A stretch of DNA of 43,184 nt from Bacteroidia bacterium. Its GTDB lineage: Bacteria; Bacteroidota; Bacteroidia; UBA4408. Where the stretch lies: the NCBI GenBank assembly GCA_044370375.1, contig JBILVQ010000002.1, positions 1-43,184 of the forward strand, in the 5' to 3' direction. A program made the translations under genes and the position numbers. The stretch's first letter is position 1, and every line of letters begins with the position of its first letter. Under the pieces are notes generated by a model, which was not told the DNA's origin, made no database searches, and saw nothing but the letters and a program-made list of their open reading frames with translations. Shown piece after piece: positions 18,060 through 26,489 of the stretch.

Positions 18060-20258
18060 ATGTTGGAAGTAGAAACGTCATTGACAGACGCCCTACAGAA
18101 ATATTTTGGATTTGATGCCTTCAAAGGTCAACAAGAGGCGATCATCAACAATTTACTCGACGGAAAGGACACTTTTGTGATTATGCCAACAGGTGGCGGT
18201 AAATCACTCTGCTATCAATTGCCTGCACTCCTGTGCCCGGGCACGGCAGTCATTATTTCTCCATTAATTGCCTTGATGAAAAATCAGGTGGATTCAATCA
18301 GAAATTTTGGTACCGATGACGGGGTAGCTCATTTCATGAACTCTTCTCTCACCAAAGCAGAAATTACCAAGGTGAAGAAAGACATCAAGGATGGCAGAAC
18401 AAAGCTCCTTTATGTGGCTCCTGAATCCCTCACAAAAGAAGAAAATGTTGCTTTCCTCAAGGAAGTAAAAGTTTCTTTTTTTGCTATTGATGAGGCGCAT
18501 TGTATTTCGGAATGGGGCCATGATTTCAGACCAGAATATCGTAGGCTGCGACCTATTATTGAGCAAATCGGACATGTGCCCATCATGGCACTCACCGCAA
18601 CAGCAACTCCTAAAGTTCAACAGGATATTCAGAAAAATTTAGGGATGCCCGAAGCAACCGTTTTCAAATCTTCTTTTAATAGAGATAATTTGTATTACGA
18701 GGTTAGACCTAAACATGATGTTGCTCGTGAAATTATAAAGTACATCAAACAACATCCCGGAAAGTCAGGAATTGTTTATTGCCTGAGCCGAAAAAAGGTA
18801 GAAGAAATTGCCGAAATTCTTGTTGTAAACGGTATCAAAGCCTTGCCTTACCACGCAGGTTTAGAAGCCAATGCTCGCGCTTCTCATCAGGATAAATTTT
18901 TGATGGAGGAAGCGGACGTGATTGTTGCTACCATTGCCTTTGGAATGGGAATTGATAAACCGGATGTTCGTTTTGTTATTCATCACGATATCCCAAAAAG
19001 TCTAGAAGGCTATTATCAGGAAACCGGCCGTGCAGGTCGTGATGGGGGCGAGGGTAACTGTATTACCTTTTATGCCTATGAAGATATTGTTAAGTTAGAA
19101 AAATTCATGAAAGGTAAACCGGTTTCTGAACAGGAAATTGGCAAACAACTATTGTTGGAAACGGTTGCCTATGCTGAATCTTCTATCTGCAGAAGGAAAA
19201 CATTGTTGCATTATTTTGGTGAGGAATACGATGAAAAAAATTGCAATAGCCAATGCGATAATTGCAAGTTCCCTAAACAAAAGTTTGAAGCAGAGGATAG
19301 CCTGTTGCTGGTACTAGAGGCCGTTCAGGAGGTTAAAGAGAAATTTAAAGCCAAGCATGTTGTTAATGTGCTTACCGGCATGCGCACCGCTCAAACCAAA
19401 TCCTACAAACACGAAGCCCTCGATATTTTTGGAAAAGGGGTTCATGAAAGTGAAAAATATTGGAATGCCGTTATCCGTCAGGCCCTGGTGCATGATTTTT
19501 TGTCAAAGGATATTGAAAATTACGGATTGTTGAAGTTGGAACCCAAAGGCCTGGCCTTTATGGAAAGCCCATACTCCATTCAGTTTACCAGAGATATCGA
19601 TTACGATGCCATTGCTGATGAAGAAGACGCAGCAATGTCGGCCGGCGGAAGAGGAAATGTAGCGCTTGATGAGGCACTATTTTCTATGTTGAAAGACCTC
19701 GTAAAGAAACAGGCCAAACAACTGAATCTGCCTCCCTATGTTTTATTTCAGGAAACTTCACTTTCCGAAATGGCTTCTCAATACCCCATTAACATTGATG
19801 AATTATCAAGGATTTCAGGGGTAGGACAGGGTAAAGCTCAACGTTACGGAAAGGAGGTTTGTGCCCTGATCAGTAAATATGTAAAGGAGAATGAAATTGA
19901 GCGACCTCAGGATTTGGTCGTGAAATCAGTTGTAAATAAATCAGGATTAAAAGTTCATATCATTCAAAGCATCGACAGAAGACTTTCTTTGGAAGATATC
20001 GCCAATGCCAAGGGAATTACCTTGAACGAAATTATCTCTGAAATTGAAACCATTGTTTCTTCTGGAACTAAAGTCAATATCAATTACTATATTGATGAAG
20101 TGGTAGATGAAGAAAAACAAGAAGAAATTTTCGATTATTTCCGCGAGGCTGAAACCGATTCTTTAGAAGAAGCTTTAAAAGAATTGGGTGAGGATGAATT
20201 TACCGAAGAGGAGGTTCGTTTGATGCGTATTAAATTTATAGCTGAGTACGGACATTAA
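18060..20258 (+). CDS. recQ: ATP-dependent DNA helicase RecQ with an extra C-terminal module after HRDC
   Basis: It has helicase motifs (PTGGGKS, DEAHC, TATAT), the RecQ zinc-binding region ([12 protein letters not shown]...CDNC) and an HRDC domain (...[16 protein letters not shown]...). About 110 residues follow HRDC. I prefer ATG 18060 ([25 protein letters not shown]) over the ORF-track start at 18018. Confidence 0.95.
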   Translation: MLEVETSLTDALQKYFGFDAFKGQQEAIINNLLDGKDTFVIMPTGGGKSLCYQLPALLCPGTAVIISPLIALMKNQVDSIRNFGTDDGVAHFMNSSLTKAEITKVKKDIKDGRTKLLYVAPESLTKEENVAFLKEVKVSFFAIDEAHCISEWGHDFRPEYRRLRPIIEQIGHVPIMALTATATPKVQQDIQKNLGMPEATVFKSSFNRDNLYYEVRPKHDVAREIIKYIKQHPGKSGIVYCLSRKKVEEIAEILVVNGIKALPYHAGLEANARASHQDKFLMEEADVIVATIAFGMGIDKPDVRFVIHHDIPKSLEGYYQETGRAGRDGGEGNCITFYAYEDIVKLEKFMKGKPVSEQEIGKQLLLETVAYAESSICRRKTLLHYFGEEYDEKNCNSQCDNCKFPKQKFEAEDSLLLVLEAVQEVKEKFKAKHVVNVLTGMRTAQTKSYKHEALDIFGKGVHESEKYWNAVIRQALVHDFLSKDIENYGLLKLEPKGLAFMESPYSIQFTRDIDYDAIADEEDAAMSAGGRGNVALDEALFSMLKDLVKKQAKQLNLPPYVLFQETSLSEMASQYPINIDELSRISGVGQGKAQRYGKEVCALISKYVKENEIERPQDLVVKSVVNKSGLKVHIIQSIDRRLSLEDIANAKGITLNEIISEIETIVSSGTKVNINYYIDEVVDEEKQEEIFDYFREAETDSLEEALKELGEDEFTEEEVRLMRIKFIAEYGH

Positions 20259-20281
20259 CCTTTCGAAAACAATCCCAATAG

Positions 20282-20324
20282 AAAGCCCCCAATAAGTTTT
20301 GAATTTATCGGGGGCTTTTTTTTT
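20282..20324 (+). terminator. Rho-independent terminator of recQ
   Basis: The stem aaagccccc (20282-20290) pairs with gggggcttt (20310-20318) and extends inward with one mismatch. A T9 run follows. The folC stop codon abuts it on the other strand. Confidence 0.8.
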
Positions 20325-20327
20325 CTG

Positions 20328-21614
20328 TTAAACAACCTCGGCTACTACAAAAGTAGATCCTCCAACAAATACCAAGTCTTCAGATCCGGCCATTTGCTTA
20401 GCCGCCTTTAAGGCCTTTTTTACCGATGCATAGGCCTTGCCGTTTAATCCCTTCGCAACGGCTTTTTGCATCAGTTCCGCTTTATCCAGGGCTCGTGGAA
20501 TATTGGCCTGACAGAAAAAATATCGTGCATTTTTCGGAAATAGGTTTAACATTTTATCAATCTCTTTGTCGTTAACCATTCCTAAAACGATGTTGAGGTT
20601 TTTATGCGGAATTTGTTGGATTTGGTTTAATACCATTTGAATTCCTGCCTCATTGTGTCCTGTGTCCGCAATGGTTAAAGGCTTTTCCTGCAGCACTTGC
20701 CATCTGCCTGCAAAGCCTGTATTGGCAATAACTTTTTTTATTCCCTGGGCAACATGGTTGTCTGAAAGTTTAAATCCTTTCTCCTGAATGGCATCGCACA
20801 CTGCCAATACCCCGCAAATATTGTATTGCTGGTAATTCCCTTGCAACGGACAATCAATCTCAGAGAAACGGATTTGTCCGTTTTTGTAAATCTCATATTG
20901 ACTATGGAAGTTTCGGTTCGATTTCTTGATGGCTTCGTAAAGAGTAGAGGCAATAATTAACCCGGCATTTTCCTCCTTTGCTTTTTTTTTGAATACCTCA
21001 AAATAATCGTTGTTTTTTTCGCTGATAACAACGGGTGTTTTGCTTTTGATAATGCCTGCTTTTTCTGTTGCAATGGCCGTTAGGCTTGATCCTAATAGTT
21101 GGGTATGATCAAAGCTAACATTGGTAATTAAACAAAGTTCAGGATGAATAATGTTGGTGGAGTCTAATCTGCCACCAAGTCCAGTTTCAATAATCGCTAT
21201 ATCCACCTGCTGGTCAGCAAACCAACAGAATGCCATGCCAACGGTCATTTCAAAAAAGGAAGGTTTTAGCTCGTTGAAAAAAGTAGCGTTTTTTTCAATG
21301 AACCGACTAACTGTTTTTTTGGGAATCATTGCCCCATTGATTTTGATTCTTTCTCTGAAATCTTTCAGGTGAGGGGAGGTGTACAATCCTGTTTTGTAAC
21401 CGGCTTCCTGAAAAATAGAGGCTAGCAAATGCGATGAAGATCCCTTGCCATTGGTTCCGGCAATATGTATTGATTTGAATTTTTTTTCAGGATAATCCAG
21501 GTGTTTGCTAATAGCAATGGTATTATCAAGATTGTTTTTGTAGGCAGCAATACCCACGCGTTGAAACATGGGTAGTTGCTCATACATGTAATTCAGGGCC
21601 TGCCTGTACAACAT
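20328..21614 (-). CDS. folC: Bifunctional folylpolyglutamate synthase / dihydrofolate synthase
   Basis: 428 aa Mur-ligase fold with the P-loop HIAGTNGKGS, plus ETGLGGRLDSTN and the DTGHNEAG motif. Confidence 0.92.
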   Translation of the reverse strand: MLYRQALNYMYEQLPMFQRVGIAAYKNNLDNTIAISKHLDYPEKKFKSIHIAGTNGKGSSSHLLASIFQEAGYKTGLYTSPHLKDFRERIKINGAMIPKKTVSRFIEKNATFFNELKPSFFEMTVGMAFCWFADQQVDIAIIETGLGGRLDSTNIIHPELCLITNVSFDHTQLLGSSLTAIATEKAGIIKSKTPVVISEKNNDYFEVFKKKAKEENAGLIIASTLYEAIKKSNRNFHSQYEIYKNGQIRFSEIDCPLQGNYQQYNICGVLAVCDAIQEKGFKLSDNHVAQGIKKVIANTGFAGRWQVLQEKPLTIADTGHNEAGIQMVLNQIQQIPHKNLNIVLGMVNDKEIDKMLNLFPKNARYFFCQANIPRALDKAELMQKAVAKGLNGKAYASVKKALKAAKQMAGSEDLVFVGGSTFVVAEVV

Positions 21615-21619
21615 GAAAA

Positions 21620-22471
21620 TTAGCGGAGCGTAAAATTGTAAATAACATTTCCCTTTTGTTCTTCCGGTGCGTCAGGATCCGGATTGAAGCGAACACCAAG
21701 GGCGGCTTTTCTAGCAATTTCCAACAAGGTGCTGTTACTCGTGGTTGAACCTTTGGCTCCGGGTTTGGCATAAATAACAACCCCTTTTTTGTCAACCGTA
21801 ATTTCAACCACCACAATACCTTCTTCCTGAACATTTGATTTAGGGGCTATGAGTGCTTGTGGCGTTCTTCCACTCAAAGTATAACGAATGCCTTTTCCTT
21901 TATCACTATCGCCATCTCCAACAGTATTGCCTCCACTACCTCCCGGACCGTGGTACTTGCTGGTTCTGCTACCATCAGGATCGCCTTGATCACCTGGTTT
22001 TCCGGTTTCACCTTCGTTGCCCCCTTTTTTTCCTCCGGATTTTCCAGGAAACAAAGCCCTTGCATTTACTTTTTTTTGCGGTGTTTCCGGAACAATTTCT
22101 TTAGGTGCAGGGTTATTGCTTTCGGCCGGTTTTTCTTTTACAACGGCTGTAGTTGGTGCCTCTTCTGTTTCTTGACTAAGAATAGATTCTGTAGATTTAA
22201 ATGCGGGGGCCTGATTGTTGGTGATTGGTTGAACAATAACATCGTCACTGGTATTCACTTGCTCGGCATCACCTGCCTCTTCCGGCTGCAAATCGCCCAT
22301 TCCATCTTCACTTAATCCTAAATTAACTTCCAGCCCGGGTGTTCCGGTGTCAGGATATGGGGGAATTGGTGTTTTAATAACCCACAGAAAAAAGAATAGA
22401 ATTATCAAACCATGAAACAATAGGGTTCCACTAAGTGCTAAAATTCTGTTTTTGGGTGATGTTCTTTCCAT
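21620..22471 (-). CDS. tonB: TonB-family energy transducer
   Basis: 283 aa with an N-terminal TM helix containing a conserved His (LSGTLLFHGLIILFFF), a Pro/Glu/Gly-rich low-complexity linker and a C-terminal TonB fold (GIVVVEITVDKKGVV...). It follows exbB-exbD. Confidence 0.8.
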   Translation of the reverse strand: MERTSPKNRILALSGTLLFHGLIILFFFLWVIKTPIPPYPDTGTPGLEVNLGLSEDGMGDLQPEEAGDAEQVNTSDDVIVQPITNNQAPAFKSTESILSQETEEAPTTAVVKEKPAESNNPAPKEIVPETPQKKVNARALFPGKSGGKKGGNEGETGKPGDQGDPDGSRTSKYHGPGGSGGNTVGDGDSDKGKGIRYTLSGRTPQALIAPKSNVQEEGIVVVEITVDKKGVVIYAKPGAKGSTTSNSTLLEIARKAALGVRFNPDPDAPEEQKGNVIYNFTLR

Positions 22472-22491
22472 GGCTTGGAAAATTTTTGAAT

Positions 22492-22896
22492 TTATTTTCC
22501 GGGTGTTTTGGTGGCCAGCACCATTTTTACTTTCAGTCGGTTGCCTACACTAAGGATATCAACAAGGTCCTGGATGGATAGGGTATTGTCAACTCTTAAA
22601 ACAACCGTAGGTTCAGCAACCCCTGAAATTAAAGCAGCAAGGTTGGGCTCAAGCATGGCGTACTCAATAGGTTTATTATTGAGATAAATCAGTTTGTCTT
22701 TTGAGATATCAATAAAGAACTGTTGTTTAGCCAAAGTTTGTGAAGATGATGCCTTGGGCAACATTAATTTAATCACACTAGGGTTTACCAATGTAGAAAC
22801 AATCAAAAAAAACAACATCAAAAAAAACATGATGTCGCTCATCGAAGAAGCTCCTACCTCAGCGGCAAATCTTTTATTGTTTTTTCTGAAGTTCAT
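22492..22896 (-). CDS. exbD: Biopolymer transport protein ExbD/TolR
   Basis: 134 aa with a single TM helix carrying the conserved Asp (MSDIMFFLMLFFLIV). It overlaps the exbB stop by 4 nt. Confidence 0.9.
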   Translation of the reverse strand: MNFRKNNKRFAAEVGASSMSDIMFFLMLFFLIVSTLVNPSVIKLMLPKASSSQTLAKQQFFIDISKDKLIYLNNKPIEYAMLEPNLAALISGVAEPTVVLRVDNTLSIQDLVDILSVGNRLKVKMVLATKTPGK

Positions 22897-23618
22897 GCTT
22901 TGGGATCTTGAAGAATATCTAAAAATTCCACAGAATGGGCTTCCATTTTAAAGGTAATCCTGTCAATCATCATGTTGAGGTAATGATAACTCACAAAAGA
23001 AAACACTCCTACAATCAAGCCAGCCGCGCTGGTAATCATCTTTTCGTACAATCCTCCGGAAATTAAGCCAATGCTGATATTATCAGCAAGTGAAATATTA
23101 TAGAAAATTTTAATTACCCCGGAAATGGTTCCGATAAAACCAAACATGGGGGCAATTCCTGCAATGATACCAAGCAGTGAAAGGCCTTTTTCCATTTTGG
23201 ATACCTCAAGTTTGCCCACGCTTTCCATAGAGGATTCAATCTCGCGGATAGGTTTACCTACCCTTGATATTCCTTTTTCCATCACCGCAGCCACTGCGGT
23301 ATTTTGGGCTTTGCAAAGATTCCTGGCTGCATCCATATTGCCCGACCTTAAATGATCCTTTATTTGCTGCATGAGCGTATTGTCGGTTTTGCCGGCTTTT
23401 TTGATGGCTGCAAATCGTTCAATTAAAACATAGATACTCAGGAGGGATAAAATTCCAATGGGAATCATGAGTACACCGCCTTTCATGATTAAATCTAGCA
23501 GCGATAAGGAATCGTGTTGTACCGGGGCGGCTTCAGCAGCAGCAGGAAGCGCAGTGGATGCGGTACTCATACTATCACTGATTCCTTCAGTGATTTGTAA
23601 CAAAAGAGATAATAACAT
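22893..23618 (-). CDS. exbB: MotA/TolQ/ExbB proton-channel protein
   Basis: 241 aa with three TM helices and the conserved C-terminal channel region (GIAPMFGFIGTISGVIKIF...GGLYEKMITSAAGL). Confidence 0.9.
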   Translation of the reverse strand: MLLSLLLQITEGISDSMSTASTALPAAAEAAPVQHDSLSLLDLIMKGGVLMIPIGILSLLSIYVLIERFAAIKKAGKTDNTLMQQIKDHLRSGNMDAARNLCKAQNTAVAAVMEKGISRVGKPIREIESSMESVGKLEVSKMEKGLSLLGIIAGIAPMFGFIGTISGVIKIFYNISLADNISIGLISGGLYEKMITSAAGLIVGVFSFVSYHYLNMMIDRITFKMEAHSVEFLDILQDPKA

Positions 23619-23784
23619 AAGGCGTGTTTAAGCGGTAATTTCTGCTAAACGAAAGTAAACAACACGATTTTTGTGTTGAGTCACTTTGGTTTCAAATTAT
23701 AAACACGTAAATGTTAGTTGATAGGCCGATGCTTTTGCAATTGAAAAACCAATCGCATTAATTGTGCCAATACTGCATTCTTTT

Positions 23785-24891
23785 TTAAGGTTTCACCTCC
23801 GGATGCAAGCCCATTGCATCAATTCCCGCTACTGTATTACAAAATTCGCATCCTTCGTCTGCCACAATTTTCATAATGGCAAAGTTTACCTGTTCTCTGG
23901 CATTCATATAAACTTCCCAGTCGGCTACTTTTACAAAGAACAAAACCCTTATAGAAATGGAAATGTCTTTGAAGGCATATAAATGAACATAGCATTCTTC
24001 AGTGGTATCGGGGTGTTGCAGAATGAAGGCTTTGATTTTTTTTATAATGTTCGTAAGCGAAGCTTCCGGCGACTGATACTTTAATCCAATGTCGAATTTT
24101 ACTCTTCTTACCTCCCTTAGCGACAGATTATCTAATTCCGTATCAACTAATTTTTTGTTGGGGACGGTGACAAATGTTTTTTCAAGGGTTCTTATTCGGG
24201 TACTTCTGAATCCAATGCGTTCAACATTCCCTTCAATGTTGCCTACTTTGATTAAATCTCCGGTAACAAAAGGTTTGTCGAAAAAAATGGTAAATGAGCC
24301 CAGTAAATTTTCTAGTGATTCTTTGGCTGCAAGCGCAATGGCCAAACCTCCGATTCCTAATCCAGCAATCAGTGAGGTAATATCGAGCTTGAAAATAGCA
24401 CCCAGAATAAAGAAGAAAGAAAAAATTACAATAATTATCTTGAACGCTTCTCTAATAAAGGGAACTATTTGGTCATCGGCTTTCGATTCGGATAGTGCCG
24501 CCTTATGCAGCAATACCAATCCGAAAAAATCTACCAGCCTTAATACAATCCAGGTAATCGACAAACAAAGGGCAACCTGAAAAATTTTAGACAGCGCCAT
24601 CCTTAACCCAAATTCCTCAACCGGTGGAATTTGCCACTGTTGTGGGAAGTTAAGCTGATTGAAAGCGAAATAGACGGTAAGAAGTGAAAGTACCGTTGAT
24701 AAAGGCCTTTTTATTAATCCGAGTAGTTTTTCAAATCCTACTTCCCCTTCGGCATAGGTCTTTAGAAAACGATACATGCCTTTGGAGATCAACTTTGACA
24801 AAAGACTTCGAAAGAAAAAACCAACGGCAATAATTCCTATAAACCAGAAATAATTTTCGATCGGATTTCCTAAAAACTGTAAATGCATCAT
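23785..24891 (-). CDS. Mechanosensitive ion channel (MscS family)
   Basis: 368 aa with N-terminal TM helices, a pore-lining helix rich in Gly and Ala (LIAGLGIGGLAIALAAKESLENLLG), then the MscS beta-domain (GDLIKVGNIEGNVERIGFRSTRIRT). Its ATG overlaps the upstream stop (ATGA). Confidence 0.85.
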   Translation of the reverse strand: MMHLQFLGNPIENYFWFIGIIAVGFFFRSLLSKLISKGMYRFLKTYAEGEVGFEKLLGLIKRPLSTVLSLLTVYFAFNQLNFPQQWQIPPVEEFGLRMALSKIFQVALCLSITWIVLRLVDFFGLVLLHKAALSESKADDQIVPFIREAFKIIIVIFSFFFILGAIFKLDITSLIAGLGIGGLAIALAAKESLENLLGSFTIFFDKPFVTGDLIKVGNIEGNVERIGFRSTRIRTLEKTFVTVPNKKLVDTELDNLSLREVRRVKFDIGLKYQSPEASLTNIIKKIKAFILQHPDTTEECYVHLYAFKDISISIRVLFFVKVADWEVYMNAREQVNFAIMKIVADEGCEFCNTVAGIDAMGLHPEVKP

Positions 24892-26120
24892 TCTTTTATC
24901 AGTTGCTGAAGGGCAATAGAATAAGCTGTTTCGGTAAGGTTTGTTTTATGAGAATTTTTTTCCTTAACCGCCATCAGGGCTTTTTGCATGGTTTTACTTA
25001 CATCATCAAAAATGGCTTCATCTGTACTTTCTGCACCTGGCTCCATCAGGTAGGCAAAAACCCTAGCCATGCCGCAATTAGCAATAAAATCAGGAATTAC
25101 AGCTACTTTTTGATCAACAGCCCTTGCAATTGGTCCAAAGAAAATTTCTTTATCGGCAAAAGGAACATTTGCTCCGGAACTAATAATTTGTAATCCGCTT
25201 TGAATCATGGCTTCAACCTGCTCCATGGTTACAAGACGCGAAGCTGCGGCCGGAATAAAAATTTCTGCTCCGCTTTTCCAAATTTGTTTGTTTATTTCCT
25301 CAAAGGATATTTTTTGAGCTGCTACCAACTCATTGCCATTTTTATTTAAAAACAATTGGGTTATTTCTTCGTGGGTGAATCCGTTTAGGTTCATTATTCC
25401 CCCATTTCTATCAATGATTCCGGTGATTTTCACACCCATTTTTGATAAATACCAGGCAGCAGCAGCCCCTACATTGCCCCAACCCTGAATAATGGCCCTT
25501 TTTTCCTGAAGGAGCATTCCGTATAGGGCACCGAAGTGTTTTACTGATTCTGCAACTCCATAACCGGTAATTAAATCTGCAACTGTAATTATTTGATTCC
25601 CTTCGGGTCTGAATTGCAGATTTTGTACCGGCAACAAAACGCCTTTTTTTAGGTTTTCAATTTGGTCATTAAAATGGGGATTGTTTCTTCCATAATAACC
25701 ACACACCACTCCCTCTTGCGGATGCAGGATTCCCAGTTCTCCGGTGATAGGGATCACTTCATGGATTTCGTCTACGTTTAAGTCGCCCCCGGTTCCGTAA
25801 TATTCTTTTAGGATGGGTTTTACCGCCTTGTACCAACGCTTTAATACCCCATTTTTTCTTGGGTCGGAAGGATCAAAATCAATTCCTGATTTAGCACCTC
25901 CAATGGCCGGACCCGCAACAGTAAATTTTATTTCCATGGTTTTGGCCAAAGATTCTACTTCGCGTTTGTCTAAATTTTTCCTCATCCGTGTGCCTCCACC
26001 GGCAGCCCCACCACGCAATGAATTAATTACAATCCAGCCCTTTGCCTCCGTTACTGAATCATTCCATTCAAAGGTAATTTCAGGGGCCTTGGCTTCAAAT
26101 TGCTCGAGTAGGGTTTTCAT
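24888..26120 (-). CDS. Glu/Leu/Phe/Val-family amino-acid dehydrogenase, substrate uncertain
   Basis: 410 aa. GGAAGGGTRM resembles the Leu/Val/Phe dehydrogenase GGxRM motif, while IGGAKSGIDFDP resembles the GDH catalytic-lysine motif GGAKGG. It has a Rossmann fold, IQGWGNVGAAAA. Confidence 0.82.
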   Translation of the reverse strand: MKTLLEQFEAKAPEITFEWNDSVTEAKGWIVINSLRGGAAGGGTRMRKNLDKREVESLAKTMEIKFTVAGPAIGGAKSGIDFDPSDPRKNGVLKRWYKAVKPILKEYYGTGGDLNVDEIHEVIPITGELGILHPQEGVVCGYYGRNNPHFNDQIENLKKGVLLPVQNLQFRPEGNQIITVADLITGYGVAESVKHFGALYGMLLQEKRAIIQGWGNVGAAAAWYLSKMGVKITGIIDRNGGIMNLNGFTHEEITQLFLNKNGNELVAAQKISFEEINKQIWKSGAEIFIPAAASRLVTMEQVEAMIQSGLQIISSGANVPFADKEIFFGPIARAVDQKVAVIPDFIANCGMARVFAYLMEPGAESTDEAIFDDVSKTMQKALMAVKEKNSHKTNLTETAYSIALQQLIKE

Positions 26121-26134
26121 AAGTTATTTTTTTG

Positions 26135-26142
26135 CAAAATTA
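26135..26142 (-). promoter_or_regulatory. Candidate -7 promoter box for the dehydrogenase-mscS operon
   Basis: Plus-strand caaaatta equals TAATTTTG on the minus strand, 15 nt upstream of ATG 26120. Confidence 0.35.
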
Positions 26143-26231
26143 GGAACTTCCCTAACAATGTAAGGGAATGAATTTTTTTGTTTTTTAATAAAATTGTAAT
26201 ATTGCTAAACGAATTCATTTTTTTTCATGTG

Positions 26232-26462
26232 ATGAAAAAACCAGGAAACAAAGGAAAATCAGATCCTGATACTAAATCTTCAGGCAAAGGGGTTTCTGAT
26301 GAGCCCAAGAAAAAGACAAAACTAAAGCCTATTAAGTCAAAGGAATTAAAACGTACAAAGAATCCTTCAATTTTTGAGGATGACGAGGACTTCCTTGGAG
26401 ATGATTCTATGGGTCTGGATGATCTGGGAGGGGTTGACCTTGATCTGGATGACGAAGATTAG
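26232..26462 (+). CDS. Small hypothetical protein of 76 aa with a Lys-rich N-half and an Asp-rich C-half
   Basis: I prefer ATG 26232 over the ORF-track start at 26178. The sequence is MKKPGNKGKSD...KKKTKLKPIKSKELKRTK...FEDDEDFLGDDSMGLDDLGGVDLDLDDED. Coding status is unproven because the composition is low-complexity. Confidence 0.4.
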   Translation: MKKPGNKGKSDPDTKSSGKGVSDEPKKKTKLKPIKSKELKRTKNPSIFEDDEDFLGDDSMGLDDLGGVDLDLDDED

Positions 26463-26489
26463 TTCTTGAAGCGAATTTGGCATCTGGCT

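Noticed and set aside
21880-22110. A Gly/Lys/Asp-rich, repetitive-looking tract that could be mistaken for a DNA repeat or an insertion.
   Set aside because: It is in frame within the TonB linker between the TM anchor and the C-terminal domain, where low-complexity spacers are normal. There is no exact nucleotide tandem repeat.
23660-23678. Hairpin caacac-gattttt-gtgttg in the 166-bp spacer between mscS and exbB, which could be a terminator or a regulatory RNA.
   Set aside because: It has only a 6-bp stem. On the minus strand it is followed by an interrupted U-tract (uuuacuuucguuu). That is compatible with a weak mscS terminator or an exbB leader structure, but it is too weak to call either. 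I found no tRNA- or sRNA-like features in the spacer.
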